Assembly: GCA_046726475.1 (NCBI GenBank)
Contig: JBKPAO010000060.1
Span: 1,664 to 65,663 of the forward strand
Origin: Gemmatimonadota bacterium
GTDB lineage: Bacteria > Gemmatimonadota > Gemmatimonadetes > Gemmatimonadales > GWC2-71-9
DNA: 64,000 nt
Reading direction: 5' to 3'
Shown in pieces: positions 38,531 through 47,278 of this stretch. The notes under the pieces were generated by a model. That model searched no databases. It was not told the origin of the DNA and saw nothing but the letters and a program-made list of their open reading frames with translations. Numbering within the stretch: the first letter of the stretch is position 1; the number at the start of each line of letters is the position of its first letter. A program made the translations under genes and the position numbers.

Positions 38531-38880
38531 CCCAGCGTGATAATGCTGCTGGCTGCTCCCTTGTCCATGCCCTCACTGATCTGCTGATTTACCTTCTGCA
38601 TCAGCTTCTCGAAGTTCGATCGCGCCACGACATAGGCCTGACCGGTGGGACTCATTTCGAGGTCGCGAACAGCAGTCTCGTACGATTCTGCGGTCGCCTG
38701 GTCAGGCATCTGCCCGGAGGACACTGCCTGATCGACCTTGCGGGCGAGCGTCTGGATCTGGTCCAGCTTGGCGACGGTCTCCTTGTCTTCGCGCAGCGAG
38801 GTCTCAGCCCGCCGGAGCGCCTGATACTCCGCGGATTGGCCGATCAAGCGGCCGAGGTCCTGCGCCTTGTCCCAGATCAC
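38527..38880 (-). CDS. YlbF/YmcA-like helical protein
   Basis: ...AQDLGRLIGQSAEYQALRRAE...KVDQ...FEKLMQKVNQQI... is the pattern. GTG 38880 follows AAGGAG and avoids overlap with the prmC stop (38885). Confidence 0.55.
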   Translation of the reverse strand: MIWDKAQDLGRLIGQSAEYQALRRAETSLREDKETVAKLDQIQTLARKVDQAVSSGQMPDQATAESYETAVRDLEMSPTGQAYVVARSNFEKLMQKVNQQISEGMDKGAASSIITLG

Positions 38881-38884
38881 CGTG

Positions 38885-39733
38885 TCACTCCTTCTGCGCG
38901 AGTAGGTAACGCTCGCGTCCAAATAGGTCCTCATGAATGCTCACGTCTTGCCAGCCCTGCCGCACGGCCGTCGTGGCCGTTTGCGCCGCACGGGAGCAGT
39001 CGATCTCGAGCGCGAGCCAGCCTCCGGTTCGCAATACCTCACGCCCTTCATCCAGCAAGCGCGTCGTGACTTCCAAACCGTCGAGTCCGCCGACCAGTGC
39101 GAGAGCGGGCTCCCACTCCCGCACCGAGGGGTCGAGTGCGGCGTGCTCTTCAACTGTAAGATATGGCGGATTGGAGATAAGTGCGTCGAAGGCAGCCCGG
39201 CGCAATGGGAGACACAGGTCGCCTTGAACCAGATCGACTGGGGTGCTGGGTCGCATGGACGTGATGTTCTCCTGGGCGAGCGCGATCGCTTCGCGTGACC
39301 GGTCGACCCCTACGATGTAGGAAAACGAGCCTTCCAGCGCCAGACTGAGCGCGAGACAGCCCGAGCCGGTGCCCACATCCGCCACTGCTCCCGTACGTAC
39401 TCGTTCGAGAAGAAGCTCGACCAGCCCCTCCGTCTCCGGTCTAGGTATGAGGGCCCGGCGATCGCTCCGGAGCGAGAGATGCCGAAAGCCGGTCGTGCCG
39501 GTGACGTAGGGCAACGGCTCTCCCTGGGCTCGGCGCTCGACCGCTTGCTGAAAGCGGACAAGCGCTCCGCGATCCGTCGCATCGCCCTGCCGGAGTGCCG
39601 TGCCCCAGCGATCCCCCGTGAGATCGCTCCAGATCCTCAACGCTTCCCTGCGCGAATCCGCGACTCCTCCGACGCGCAACCGATCTATTGCACGCCGGAT
39701 GACGGTCGGTACCGGAGCGCTACTCTCAGGCAT
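38885..39733 (-). CDS. prmC: peptide chain release factor N(5)-glutamine methyltransferase
   Basis: It has the SAM-binding motif VADVGTGSG and the NPPY motif (ISNPPYL). It lies next to prfA. Confidence 0.88.
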   Translation of the reverse strand: MPESSAPVPTVIRRAIDRLRVGGVADSRREALRIWSDLTGDRWGTALRQGDATDRGALVRFQQAVERRAQGEPLPYVTGTTGFRHLSLRSDRRALIPRPETEGLVELLLERVRTGAVADVGTGSGCLALSLALEGSFSYIVGVDRSREAIALAQENITSMRPSTPVDLVQGDLCLPLRRAAFDALISNPPYLTVEEHAALDPSVREWEPALALVGGLDGLEVTTRLLDEGREVLRTGGWLALEIDCSRAAQTATTAVRQGWQDVSIHEDLFGRERYLLAQKE

Positions 39734-40784
39734 CGATCAGCTCCTGTCGGCTCGCCATCCGGAGTGCATCGATCAGCTCATCGAGATTACCGTTGAGGAC
39801 GTCGGTGAGATTGTGCACCGAGAGGTTGATCCGATGATCGGTGATGCGGCTCTGGGGATAGTTATAGGTCCGGATCTTGGCGGAGCGGTCGCCGGTGCCG
39901 ACCATCGCCCGCCGGTCGCGTGACCGCGCCGCTTCCTGTTCTGCCAGCATACGATCCAGTAGGCGAGCGCGCAGGACCTCGAGGGCCTTGATCTTGTTTT
40001 GCAGTTGGGATTTCTGGTCCTGCTGGCTGACGACCAGTCCGGTCGGCAGGTGGGTAACACGCACAGCGCTGTCGGTGGTATTCACGCTCTGGCCGCCCGG
40101 GCCAGAGGACCGAAACACGTCGATCTTCAAATCCTGGGGCTCGATCTTCACGTCCACTTCTTCCGCCTCGGGGAGCACAGCAACCGTCGCTGCGGAGGTA
40201 TGGATGCGGCCCTGGGTCTCGGTCGCCGGCACCCGCTGGACCCGATGCACACCCGACTCGCGCCGGAGGAGCCCATATGCTTCCTCTCCGCGGACGGCCA
40301 CGATGGCTTCCTTGATTCCACCCAGGAGCCCGTCACTCACCGAGATTGGCTCCCAGGAGAGCCGGTGGCGCTCGGTGTATCGCTGATACATACGGTAGAG
40401 GTCGGCGGCGAAAAGCGCCGCTTCGTCTCCTCCAGTACCCGCTCGGATCTCCATGATCGCATCGCGATCGTCGTGGGGATCCCGCGGCAGTAGCAACTCG
40501 TGGAGTTGATCCTGCAGAGCGGAGATCTCGGACGGAAGCCGGGCCAGATCGGCCTTGGCCAACCCGACAAGCTCGGGATCGGACTCGGTCACCAACTCCC
40601 GAGCCTGCTCCAGCTCCAGCTGTAATCGGGTGATCCGGTCGGCCAGCCTGACGACCGGTGCCAGCCTGGTGTGCTCTCGTCCGAGCGACTTGAGCTTCCC
40701 CGGGTCCCGTGCGGTGGCCGGGTCTGCGAGGGCGTGGCCGATCTCCTCGGCCCGCGACAAGGCCTGGCGGAGCCGGGCCTCCAT
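39726..40784 (-). CDS. prfA: peptide chain release factor 1
   Basis: It has the PAT tripeptide (RVQRVPATETQGR) and the GGQ motif (SGPGGQSVNTT). Confidence 0.95.
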   Translation of the reverse strand: MEARLRQALSRAEEIGHALADPATARDPGKLKSLGREHTRLAPVVRLADRITRLQLELEQARELVTESDPELVGLAKADLARLPSEISALQDQLHELLLPRDPHDDRDAIMEIRAGTGGDEAALFAADLYRMYQRYTERHRLSWEPISVSDGLLGGIKEAIVAVRGEEAYGLLRRESGVHRVQRVPATETQGRIHTSAATVAVLPEAEEVDVKIEPQDLKIDVFRSSGPGGQSVNTTDSAVRVTHLPTGLVVSQQDQKSQLQNKIKALEVLRARLLDRMLAEQEAARSRDRRAMVGTGDRSAKIRTYNYPQSRITDHRINLSVHNLTDVLNGNLDELIDALRMASRQELIDA

Positions 40785-40787
40785 GGC

Positions 40788-41012
40788 TTACGCCTTGGGT
40801 GCCGCGGTCGCCGACTCGGTCTGGTACTTCCGGCGGAAGCGATCAACCCGGCCGGCGGTGTCTACCAGACGCTGCTTGCCCGTAAAGAAGGGATGGCACT
40901 GCGCGCACACCTCGACGTGAATCGAGGTCGCGGTCGAGCGGGTCTCGAACTGATTGCCGCAGGCACATTGAACCATGATCTTGCGGTAGTTCGGGTGTAA
41001 ATCGGCCTTCAT
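40788..41012 (-). CDS. rpmE: 50S ribosomal protein L31
   Basis: [27 protein letters not shown]...[15 protein letters not shown] begins at the internal ATG 41012. Confidence 0.9.
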   Translation of the reverse strand: MKADLHPNYRKIMVQCACGNQFETRSTATSIHVEVCAQCHPFFTGKQRLVDTAGRVDRFRRKYQTESATAAPKA

Positions 41013-41043
41013 CGTTGCTCCGAGGGTTAGTGCTAAGCCCTTC

Positions 41044-41073
41044 AATTTAGACGCGTTGGGGGGCGTGATGCAA
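41044..41073 (-). promoter_or_regulatory. candidate sigma-70 promoter of rpmE
   Basis: On the minus strand, TTGCAT (41073-41068), 18 nt, then TAAATT (41049-41044). Confidence 0.3.
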
Positions 41074-41091
41074 GCCAAGGTCTAAGAAAAC

Positions 41092-41177
41092 GTGAACAGT
41101 GAACGGTAAACAGTAAACGGGGCGCGTCCGTTCCCTCCGGTTTACTGTTCACTGTTTACTGTTTACTGTTGCTTACT
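41092..41177. repeat. mirror array, heptamer GTGAACA/GTAAACA vs GTTTACT/GTTCACT
   Basis: GTGAACA GTGAACG GTAAACA GTAAACG (41092-41119), a 21-nt loop, then GTTTACT GTTCACT GTTTACT GTTTACT GTTGCTTACT (41140-41177). Hand pairing of 41092-41118 with 41140-41166 gives 23 Watson-Crick pairs, 3 G-T pairs and 1 mismatch. Confidence 0.88.
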
Positions 41178-41187
41178 TTCGAACTCG

Positions 41188-41216
41188 TTGACACCACTCC
41201 CAGGCGCAAGTATGCT
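41188..41216 (+). promoter_or_regulatory. candidate sigma-70 promoter of the Crp/Fnr gene
   Basis: TTGACA (41188-93), 17 nt, then TATGCT (41211-16). The SD GAGAGG (41238-43) lies 5 nt before GTG 41249. Confidence 0.45.
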
Positions 41217-41248
41217 ACGGCCAAACACTTCCATACTGAGAGGCGCGA

Positions 41249-41926
41249 GTGCCACTGTCCCCGATGGAGGTCCTGCGGAAGGTTCCTCTCTTCTCCGGAT
41301 TGGGCGAATCCGATCTGGCCGCGTTCGCTGACTTGACGCGGGAGCGCAGCTACCCCAAGGGCAGCGTGATTGTGTTCGAAGACGATCCTGGCGACGCGCT
41401 GTTCCTTGTCGCTGCAGGACAAGTCAAGGTGGTGCTCATCGCAGAGGATGGCCGGGAGGTCATCCTCTCGGTGCTTGGAGAAGGCAGCTTTTTCGGTGAA
41501 ATGGCGGTAATCGACGAAGAGCCCAGATCGGCTCACGTGATCGCGATGGAGGATTCGAGCCTCCTGGTTCTTCGCCGGGAGGATTTTCACGCCCGGCTCA
41601 GAAGCTCACCGGAAGTGGCCATCTCCCTGTTAAAAGAGATCTCGCGTCGGCTACGCCGCGCGGACGAAAAGATCGGCAGTCTCGTGCTCCTCGATGTGAA
41701 CGGGCGGGTGGCGCATCTGCTCCTGAGAATGGCGGAAGATGAAGGCGGCGATCGCATCACCCGGAAACTCACCCACCATACCATCGCCCAGATGATCGGC
41801 TCCAGCCGGGAAACCGTCTCCCGAACCATGCGCAATCTGGTGGAGCGCGGCATCATCCAGGTCAGTCGCAAGGACATCACGCTCCAGGACCGCCGTTCCC
41901 TCATGCTGGCCGCCCGGAGGGCGTGA
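41249..41926 (+). CDS. Crp/Fnr family transcriptional regulator (cNMP-binding + HTH)
   Basis: ...LRKVPLFSGLGESDLAAFA...FFGEMAVID..PRSAHVIA... is the cNMP-binding domain. The C-terminal HTH is ...TIAQMIGSSRETVSRTMRNL.... Confidence 0.85.
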   Translation: MPLSPMEVLRKVPLFSGLGESDLAAFADLTRERSYPKGSVIVFEDDPGDALFLVAAGQVKVVLIAEDGREVILSVLGEGSFFGEMAVIDEEPRSAHVIAMEDSSLLVLRREDFHARLRSSPEVAISLLKEISRRLRRADEKIGSLVLLDVNGRVAHLLLRMAEDEGGDRITRKLTHHTIAQMIGSSRETVSRTMRNLVERGIIQVSRKDITLQDRRSLMLAARRA

Positions 41927-41929
41927 CGA

Positions 41930-41952
41930 CAGTCACAAAGCTTCTGTGACTG
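41930..41952 (+). terminator. weak hairpin after the Crp/Fnr gene
   Basis: CAGTCACA-aagcttc-TGTGACTG is an 8-bp stem 4 nt after the stop. There is no T-tract. Confidence 0.25.
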
Positions 41953-42019
41953 CTGCCGCTGCCGGCCCTCTTCGAGCCGGGGAAGGTTGCGGCATGGCCC
42001 ACACCGCCGGCGGTTCCCC

Positions 42020-42886
42020 ATGACTTATCAAGTGACGTTTTGGGGAACGCGAGGATCGATCCCGACACCCGGTCCAGGCACGGCACGATACGGCGGGAAC
42101 ACCGCCTGCATCAGCCTCACGGGAGTTCCCGGCAGGCTGGTCATTCTCGATGCCGGCAGCGGGCTGCGCCCGCTCGGTCACGAGCTGATGAAGCAGCACA
42201 AGGGCCTGCTCACCGCCGACATTCTCTTGTCGCATACCCACTGGGACCACATCCAGGGCCTTCCATTCTTCAAACCCTTGAGTACTCGGGACACGGCAGT
42301 GTGCATCTATGGCGCTGCGCAGGAGGGTGCGGCACTCAAGGAAATCCTGGGCCGACAGATGGATCCCATGGTATTCCCGGTCCCGCTCAATGCACTGGCG
42401 GCCTCCCTCATGGTAGTCGAGATCGAGGAAGGCGAGTTCGAGATCGACGACTTCCGGATTTGTGCCTTTCGGCTCCGCCACCCCGGCACCACGCTCGGCT
42501 ATCGCCTGGCACCGCGAGGGGGAGGCAGAGAGGTTGCCTATGTGACCGATAACGAGTTGGGACCCGGTGGCAACTACGAAGTCGCCCCAGACTGGCGGGG
42601 AAGGCTGATCCAGTTCATTGCCGGTGCCGATACTCTAATTCACGACGCCATGTATCTCGATCAGATCATTCAGGCGCGCGCCGGCTGGGGACACTCGACG
42701 CCGCGACAGGCGGTAGATCTCGCACAGGAAGGCCGCTGTCGCCGGCTGATCCTGTTTCATCACGAGCCGGAGCATGACGACAACGCCCTCGACAACCTGC
42801 TGGCCGACACTCGGGAGTACGCGAAGAAGGTCGCGCCCCGCCTCCAGGTGGATGCGGCAATCGAAGGGATGACGTTCTCGCTATGA
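42020..42886 (+). CDS. MBL-fold metallo-hydrolase (PhnP/class-II phosphodiesterase-like)
   Basis: It has ...TFWGTRGSIPTPG...LLSHTHWDHIQGLPFF... and the later ...LFHHEPEHDD... motif. The start is ATG 42020. Confidence 0.78.
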   Translation: MTYQVTFWGTRGSIPTPGPGTARYGGNTACISLTGVPGRLVILDAGSGLRPLGHELMKQHKGLLTADILLSHTHWDHIQGLPFFKPLSTRDTAVCIYGAAQEGAALKEILGRQMDPMVFPVPLNALAASLMVVEIEEGEFEIDDFRICAFRLRHPGTTLGYRLAPRGGGREVAYVTDNELGPGGNYEVAPDWRGRLIQFIAGADTLIHDAMYLDQIIQARAGWGHSTPRQAVDLAQEGRCRRLILFHHEPEHDDNALDNLLADTREYAKKVAPRLQVDAAIEGMTFSL

Positions 42887-43599
42887 GCCCTATGCGGTTC
42901 GGAGACAGAACACTGGTCTGGTACTTGGCCGTAGCGACGCTCGGCGCGATCCCCCCAGTCCAGGCCCAGAGCCAACCGGTCGTCGTGGCGATTCTCCCGT
43001 TCGAGGACCGTGGCTCCTACGGCCAGGATAAGGAGGTCTTCCGCGCCTTGCAGCTCGGCATTCCCGCGACCATCGCCGGGGAGCTGGCCGGGCATCCGGA
43101 GCTGCGGCTGGCGGACGCCGGCCGCATCACCCGCGCGCTGCCGAGCGGGGGCGTGAATTCGAGAACCAGGCTGGACGCGAGTACCGCGGCGCAGGTCGGC
43201 AAGGAAGCCGGCGCTCGCTACGCCATCACCGGCAGCTTCGCCGATTTCTACGGTAAGATCCGACTCGATGCCAGAATCATCGACACCGGTACCGGTCAAA
43301 TTCTCAAGGTTGTCTCCAACGATCTCCGGCAGGACGATCGATCGCAGCTGTACAGCATCATCCGAACTGTCGGTCACAAGGTGCTCGCCGCGGCGAGTGG
43401 TTCAGGAGCTGGCCGAGCGCCACCGCCCAACGAGGAGCGTACCATCCCCACCGAAGCGCTCACTGAGTACAGCCTCGGACTGCTCTACGAGCGGGAAGGT
43501 GATAAGGCCCGCGCAGGGGAGCACTTTCAGCGCGCGATTGCGAGCTTCTCCGACTACCGCGACGCCAGGGAAGGGTTGACCCGAGTAGCGGGCTCCTGA
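42883..43599 (+). CDS. hypothetical periplasmic protein (TolB_N-like domain + TPR-like C-terminus)
   Basis: It has a signal peptide. ...VAILPFEDRGSYG...ITGSFADFYGKIRLDARIIDTGTGQIL... resembles TolB-N/FlgO-type domains. The tail is ...YSLGLLYEREGDKARAGEHFQRAI.... There is an ATGA overlap with the upstream gene. Confidence 0.5.
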   Translation: MSPMRFGDRTLVWYLAVATLGAIPPVQAQSQPVVVAILPFEDRGSYGQDKEVFRALQLGIPATIAGELAGHPELRLADAGRITRALPSGGVNSRTRLDASTAAQVGKEAGARYAITGSFADFYGKIRLDARIIDTGTGQILKVVSNDLRQDDRSQLYSIIRTVGHKVLAAASGSGAGRAPPPNEERTIPTEALTEYSLGLLYEREGDKARAGEHFQRAIASFSDYRDAREGLTRVAGS

Positions 43600-44834
43600 T
43601 TCGTACTCAGCCGGTGCACGGCGGCCGCAACCCCGGCGTGGGCAGGCAAGGCCAAGGCGATGACATCGCCGTTCACCTGATAAAACTGCGGAAACAGCTT
43701 CAGGATCAGCCCCAGGAGGGACAGCCCGGCTACCACGGCCGCGACCACCAGGGCAGGCCTTGCCCTGACGGGAGAGCCGAATACGGCTCGGGTGAGGAGC
43801 CAGATCAACGGTAGACTCAGGAGATTGGCCTGGAGGGCATTCTCGTTGTCGTAGGCCGCCGCGTGATCGGTGAGCGCCCACAGACCGACGAGTACCAATC
43901 CAGCGATGCCGCTGGCCAGACACCACATCCAGGTGGTCAGCAGAAACGCCCATTTCGCTACCGAGCTCCTTCGCACCGCACCGGAAAACCCGAACACCAG
44001 CCCTCCGACAGCGACTCCTCCCAGCAAATACATCGGTAACCAACCCGGCGGCTGGGCGGGAGGAATCGGCTCGCTGGATTGGAACAGCGTCCGCTCCGAT
44101 TTGACCAGCGGTACCTCGCGGCCGTCGGCTCCAGTGACTGTGACGGTACGAACCCACTCGCGCACCGCCAGGGGCAGAAACATCTCCTGCCAGGCCGAGA
44201 TAGGCCGGTCCACCGGGTGACCAAGCGCCAGCAGCAATCCGGTGAACACCAGAGGATCGTTTGCGGTCAAACGCTGGGTGTGGAATCGGTAGGTCCGTCC
44301 AGTCATGACAGTCTCGGTGCGTTTCCTGAGTCTGGCGCCCAGCGCTCGATCCAGGGCATCGCGCACTCGCGTCGAGCAGTTGTCCCGATAGTAGTCGTAG
44401 TGGTAGAAGCGGTGCTCCGGTTGCTCGTTCCACTCCAGAAACGCCTGAAGCTCGCGGCGCTTCCCTACCGGGATCTCGAGCTCCTGCACCCAGACCGACC
44501 GATTAGCCCTCCGGTACGACTCGACATAGGACTGCGCAGGAAAGCCCTGCATCCAGTACCACATTCGTCCCTGGACGAATCGCAGGAGAAAGTTGTGCTG
44601 CCGGAAGTCGAACAGCCCATAGTTGTATGCCTGATCGGTCCCGTGAGCGGGATCGTGAATCCAGATGGCATTGTGTCCGAACCGCTCCCAAACCTGCTTG
44701 CCGGGACCCATGGTCATCAGGTACACCCTTAGCAGGGTGTCCTGGGGGGAAGCGGGGAAGCGGGGAAGCGGGGAACTCTGTTGGGCAGCCAGCGGCGTGC
44801 TGAAAAACACAGCAACAAGGACGATGGGTCTCAC
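43554..44834 (-). CDS. DUF4105 (Lnb N-terminal periplasmic domain) protein with C-terminal multi-TM region
   Basis: ...VYLMTMGPGKQVWERFGHNAIWIHDP...YNYGLFDF... is the DUF4105 pattern. GTG 44834 gives the signal peptide MRPIVLVAVFFSTPLAAQ. The alternative start is ATG 44717. The ORF-track N-terminus (to 44942) is repeat-encoded. Confidence 0.68.
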   Translation of the reverse strand: MRPIVLVAVFFSTPLAAQQSSPLPRFPASPQDTLLRVYLMTMGPGKQVWERFGHNAIWIHDPAHGTDQAYNYGLFDFRQHNFLLRFVQGRMWYWMQGFPAQSYVESYRRANRSVWVQELEIPVGKRRELQAFLEWNEQPEHRFYHYDYYRDNCSTRVRDALDRALGARLRKRTETVMTGRTYRFHTQRLTANDPLVFTGLLLALGHPVDRPISAWQEMFLPLAVREWVRTVTVTGADGREVPLVKSERTLFQSSEPIPPAQPPGWLPMYLLGGVAVGGLVFGFSGAVRRSSVAKWAFLLTTWMWCLASGIAGLVLVGLWALTDHAAAYDNENALQANLLSLPLIWLLTRAVFGSPVRARPALVVAAVVAGLSLLGLILKLFPQFYQVNGDVIALALPAHAGVAAAVHRLSTNQEPATRVNPSLASR

Positions 44835-44936
44835 GAAGACGTGAATCCACTGTCCCGCCCATTCCCCCACAAGCAGGTACCCGCCCCGCTGCCCCGCTGC
44901 CCTTCCCCGCCTCCCCGCTTCCCAGCTTCCCCGACC
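44746..44936. repeat. mirror array, octamer GGGGAAGC / CCCCGCTT, bracketing the DUF4105 start region
   Basis: GGGGAAGC x3 plus GGGGAACT (44746-44777), 106 nt, then CCCCGCTG CCCCGCTG (44884-44899) and CCCCGCCT CCCCGCTT CCCAGCTT CCCCGACC (44905-44936). Confidence 0.88.
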
Positions 44937-44938
44937 CC

Positions 44939-45973
44939 TCACAACGTCACATCCCGCCCATCAAACGCCGACCGATAGATCGCGTCGACCACCTTATGGA
45001 GGGTCAGATGTTCCTGCAGCGCGGGGATCTTTGCCTCACCCGCGATCGCTGCCTGGAAGTGAGCCCACTCCGCCCGATAGGAAGCGGTGAAGGCGTTTTC
45101 CCGGCCCACTGATCCGGTCGGTGAAACGTCCACGGCAACGCCGTGCAGCTCCTTCCAGACGTTAAGCGGATTGATGCCAGCCGTTCCCTTACTCCCCCGA
45201 AGGCCCACCCCGAATCGTTCGCCCTCACCCAGGTGCCGCCAGGTGACATCCACAAAAATCGAGGTGCCGTTTTCGCAGATCACGAACGCGCTTCCCGACT
45301 GTTCGACCGTGCGATCCTTGCCGATCGGATCGAGACTCGCGCTCACTCTGGCGGGTGGTGAGCTTCCGCCCAGCCAGAGGCCGAGGTCTAAAATCGAGAG
45401 CCCGAGGTCGAGCATGGCACCGCCACCTGCCTGGTCCTTCCGCTGGCGCCAGCCCAGCTGCGTGCGTCCCGGGCGGAAGGCGTGCCAGCTTCCCCGGATA
45501 CTTTCGATCGTGCCGAGCTCTCCGCTCTGGACGAAGCTCCGAACAATCTGCACGTCAGGCCGGTAGCGGTGATTCATCCCCACCATCACGACTCGATCCC
45601 GCTTCTCCACTGCGCGCAGGATTTTCTGCACGCCTGCGGCGGACATCGCCAACGGCTTCTCGACCAGCACGTGCAGGTTGGCGGAGAGGGCGGCTTGAAT
45701 GTGCGGCTCGTGAAGGTGGGTCGGTGAGCAGATGACAACCGCGTCGAGCGCCGCGTAGCGCAGAAGGTCTTCGATGTCGTCGAAGGCGTCTTTCACCCCG
45801 AATCTGTCGGCCAGCGCCTTCGCCTTCGGCAGATCGGTGTCGCAGATCGCCTGGACTTCGACACCACGCATTTTCTTGAGCACCGGCAGGTGGGCCACCT
45901 GAGTGATCGCACCACCGCCGACGATCCCGACCTTGAGTCGCTCATTCGTGCCCGCGCTACGGCCGCCGGTCAT
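44939..45973 (-). CDS. Gfo/Idh/MocA family oxidoreductase
   Basis: The N-terminal Rossmann motif is LKVGIVGGGAITQVAHLPVL. The family has typical length. Confidence 0.85.
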   Translation of the reverse strand: MTGGRSAGTNERLKVGIVGGGAITQVAHLPVLKKMRGVEVQAICDTDLPKAKALADRFGVKDAFDDIEDLLRYAALDAVVICSPTHLHEPHIQAALSANLHVLVEKPLAMSAAGVQKILRAVEKRDRVVMVGMNHRYRPDVQIVRSFVQSGELGTIESIRGSWHAFRPGRTQLGWRQRKDQAGGGAMLDLGLSILDLGLWLGGSSPPARVSASLDPIGKDRTVEQSGSAFVICENGTSIFVDVTWRHLGEGERFGVGLRGSKGTAGINPLNVWKELHGVAVDVSPTGSVGRENAFTASYRAEWAHFQAAIAGEAKIPALQEHLTLHKVVDAIYRSAFDGRDVTL

Positions 45974-45985
45974 GACGCCTCCTCC

Positions 45986-47278
45986 TCAGTAGCGGCGTTC
46001 CAGCCTGGTGCCCGGGAAGTAGGCGGCCAGGATCTCCGGAAACTCCTGCCCTGCCCTGGCCCGTCCGACCGCTCCCCACTGGCAGAATCCCACTCCATGT
46101 CCCGATCCCATCCCGTCAACCGACAGGTGAGTCACCAGTTTGCCGTCGCCGTCGGCGACGAGGGTGAACGCGGTGCTGCGCAGGATCCCGCCGGTCATCG
46201 GCCGCAGGACTCGCCGGATCGCAGGACCGTCGACGCGCACCTCCCGATCTCCCAGGCCGAGGGCCAACTGGTCGACCCGGCCGGATCCGGTTCGTCGGGT
46301 GATGTGGAGGCCAACCACTTGCCGGATCTGGTCGGAAGAGATCCCGGTGGCCGGCGGCAAGTTCCGCTCAAGCGTCGCCCGCAGCGCTTCCCCACTCCAG
46401 TCTTCCCGCCAGTGATAGCGCGGGGAGATGCTGCAATACACTCTGCCGTTGGGAGCCTCATCCGGGATGGATCGAAGATATGGCTGTGCCACTCCGCGAA
46501 AGACCTCGGTGCCCGCGGCGGTCCGGCCGCCACACGTCGAATAGAAGAAAGCCTCGATCGGCCTACCCTCGTAGGTCAGTATCCGGCCGCGAGTCTCCGC
46601 TACCGCCGCTCTTCCCTCCTCCGTCTCCACCGACAGGCCACCATAGACCTGATCGTCCACTGAGGCGGTGAGGTCGAAGCCTCGAGCCTTCGACTTGCCG
46701 AGGTTGCGCATCGCATACGTGCGGGAGACCACTGCCTGGGCTCGCAGCGCCTCCACCTCCGAGGGGGTTCGCCGCCCCATCTCGGCCGACACCACGCCCG
46801 GCAGGTAGCTCTCCAGCCCCACTCGGTTCACCGCAGTAATGCCCATCGAATCGCGCAGCAGATCGAGCGATCCGCGATAAGTTCGGCCGTTGATTCGGAC
46901 CGGAACGCCCGACGCGGCCCCCCACACCGAGATGGCGTCGAGCGGCTGGGAGATCCAGCCAGCGGTACCGCGCAGCACCAGCCTCGGTCCCACCGGAACG
47001 ACCTGCCAGGTTTGCCCCGGCGGAATGGTCCCGATCCGAGACCCGTCGGGCTCCCCGGCAATCAGCGCGTCGCTCCCGCCCAGAGTGGCCGTCGGCACAC
47101 CGACCAATAGGCCGATCCGGATCTCCGGATCCGCTCGCCCCGGAGGAGGGCTGCGTACCGGTTTTACTGGCGAACGCTCAGGAGGAGCCGAGCCTGACAC
47201 ACAGCTCATCGCGACAACCAGCAGCAGCGCCAGCGAGAGCCGCCACTGATTCAGTAGATCAGCCCCGGTAGTTGCCAA
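45986..47278 (-). CDS. SpoIID/LytB domain-containing protein
   Basis: ...VNRVGLESYLPGVVSAEMG...ALRAQAVVSRTYAM...DQVYGG...FFYSTCGGRTA... is the family pattern. The start is TTG, overlapping the yajQ end by 20 nt. Confidence 0.8.
   Translation of the reverse strand: MATTGADLLNQWRLSLALLLVVAMSCVSGSAPPERSPVKPVRSPPPGRADPEIRIGLLVGVPTATLGGSDALIAGEPDGSRIGTIPPGQTWQVVPVGPRLVLRGTAGWISQPLDAISVWGAASGVPVRINGRTYRGSLDLLRDSMGITAVNRVGLESYLPGVVSAEMGRRTPSEVEALRAQAVVSRTYAMRNLGKSKARGFDLTASVDDQVYGGLSVETEEGRAAVAETRGRILTYEGRPIEAFFYSTCGGRTAAGTEVFRGVAQPYLRSIPDEAPNGRVYCSISPRYHWREDWSGEALRATLERNLPPATGISSDQIRQVVGLHITRRTGSGRVDQLALGLGDREVRVDGPAIRRVLRPMTGGILRSTAFTLVADGDGKLVTHLSVDGMGSGHGVGFCQWGAVGRARAGQEFPEILAAYFPGTRLERRY

Noticed and set aside
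43554-43599. A 46-nt convergent overlap of the 3' ends of genes 42883..43599(+) and 43554..44834(-), which could indicate a frameshift or pseudogene.
   Set aside because: Both ORFs are intact with plausible C-termini. Convergent overlaps of this size occur in compact high-GC genomes. There is no internal stop or frame break.
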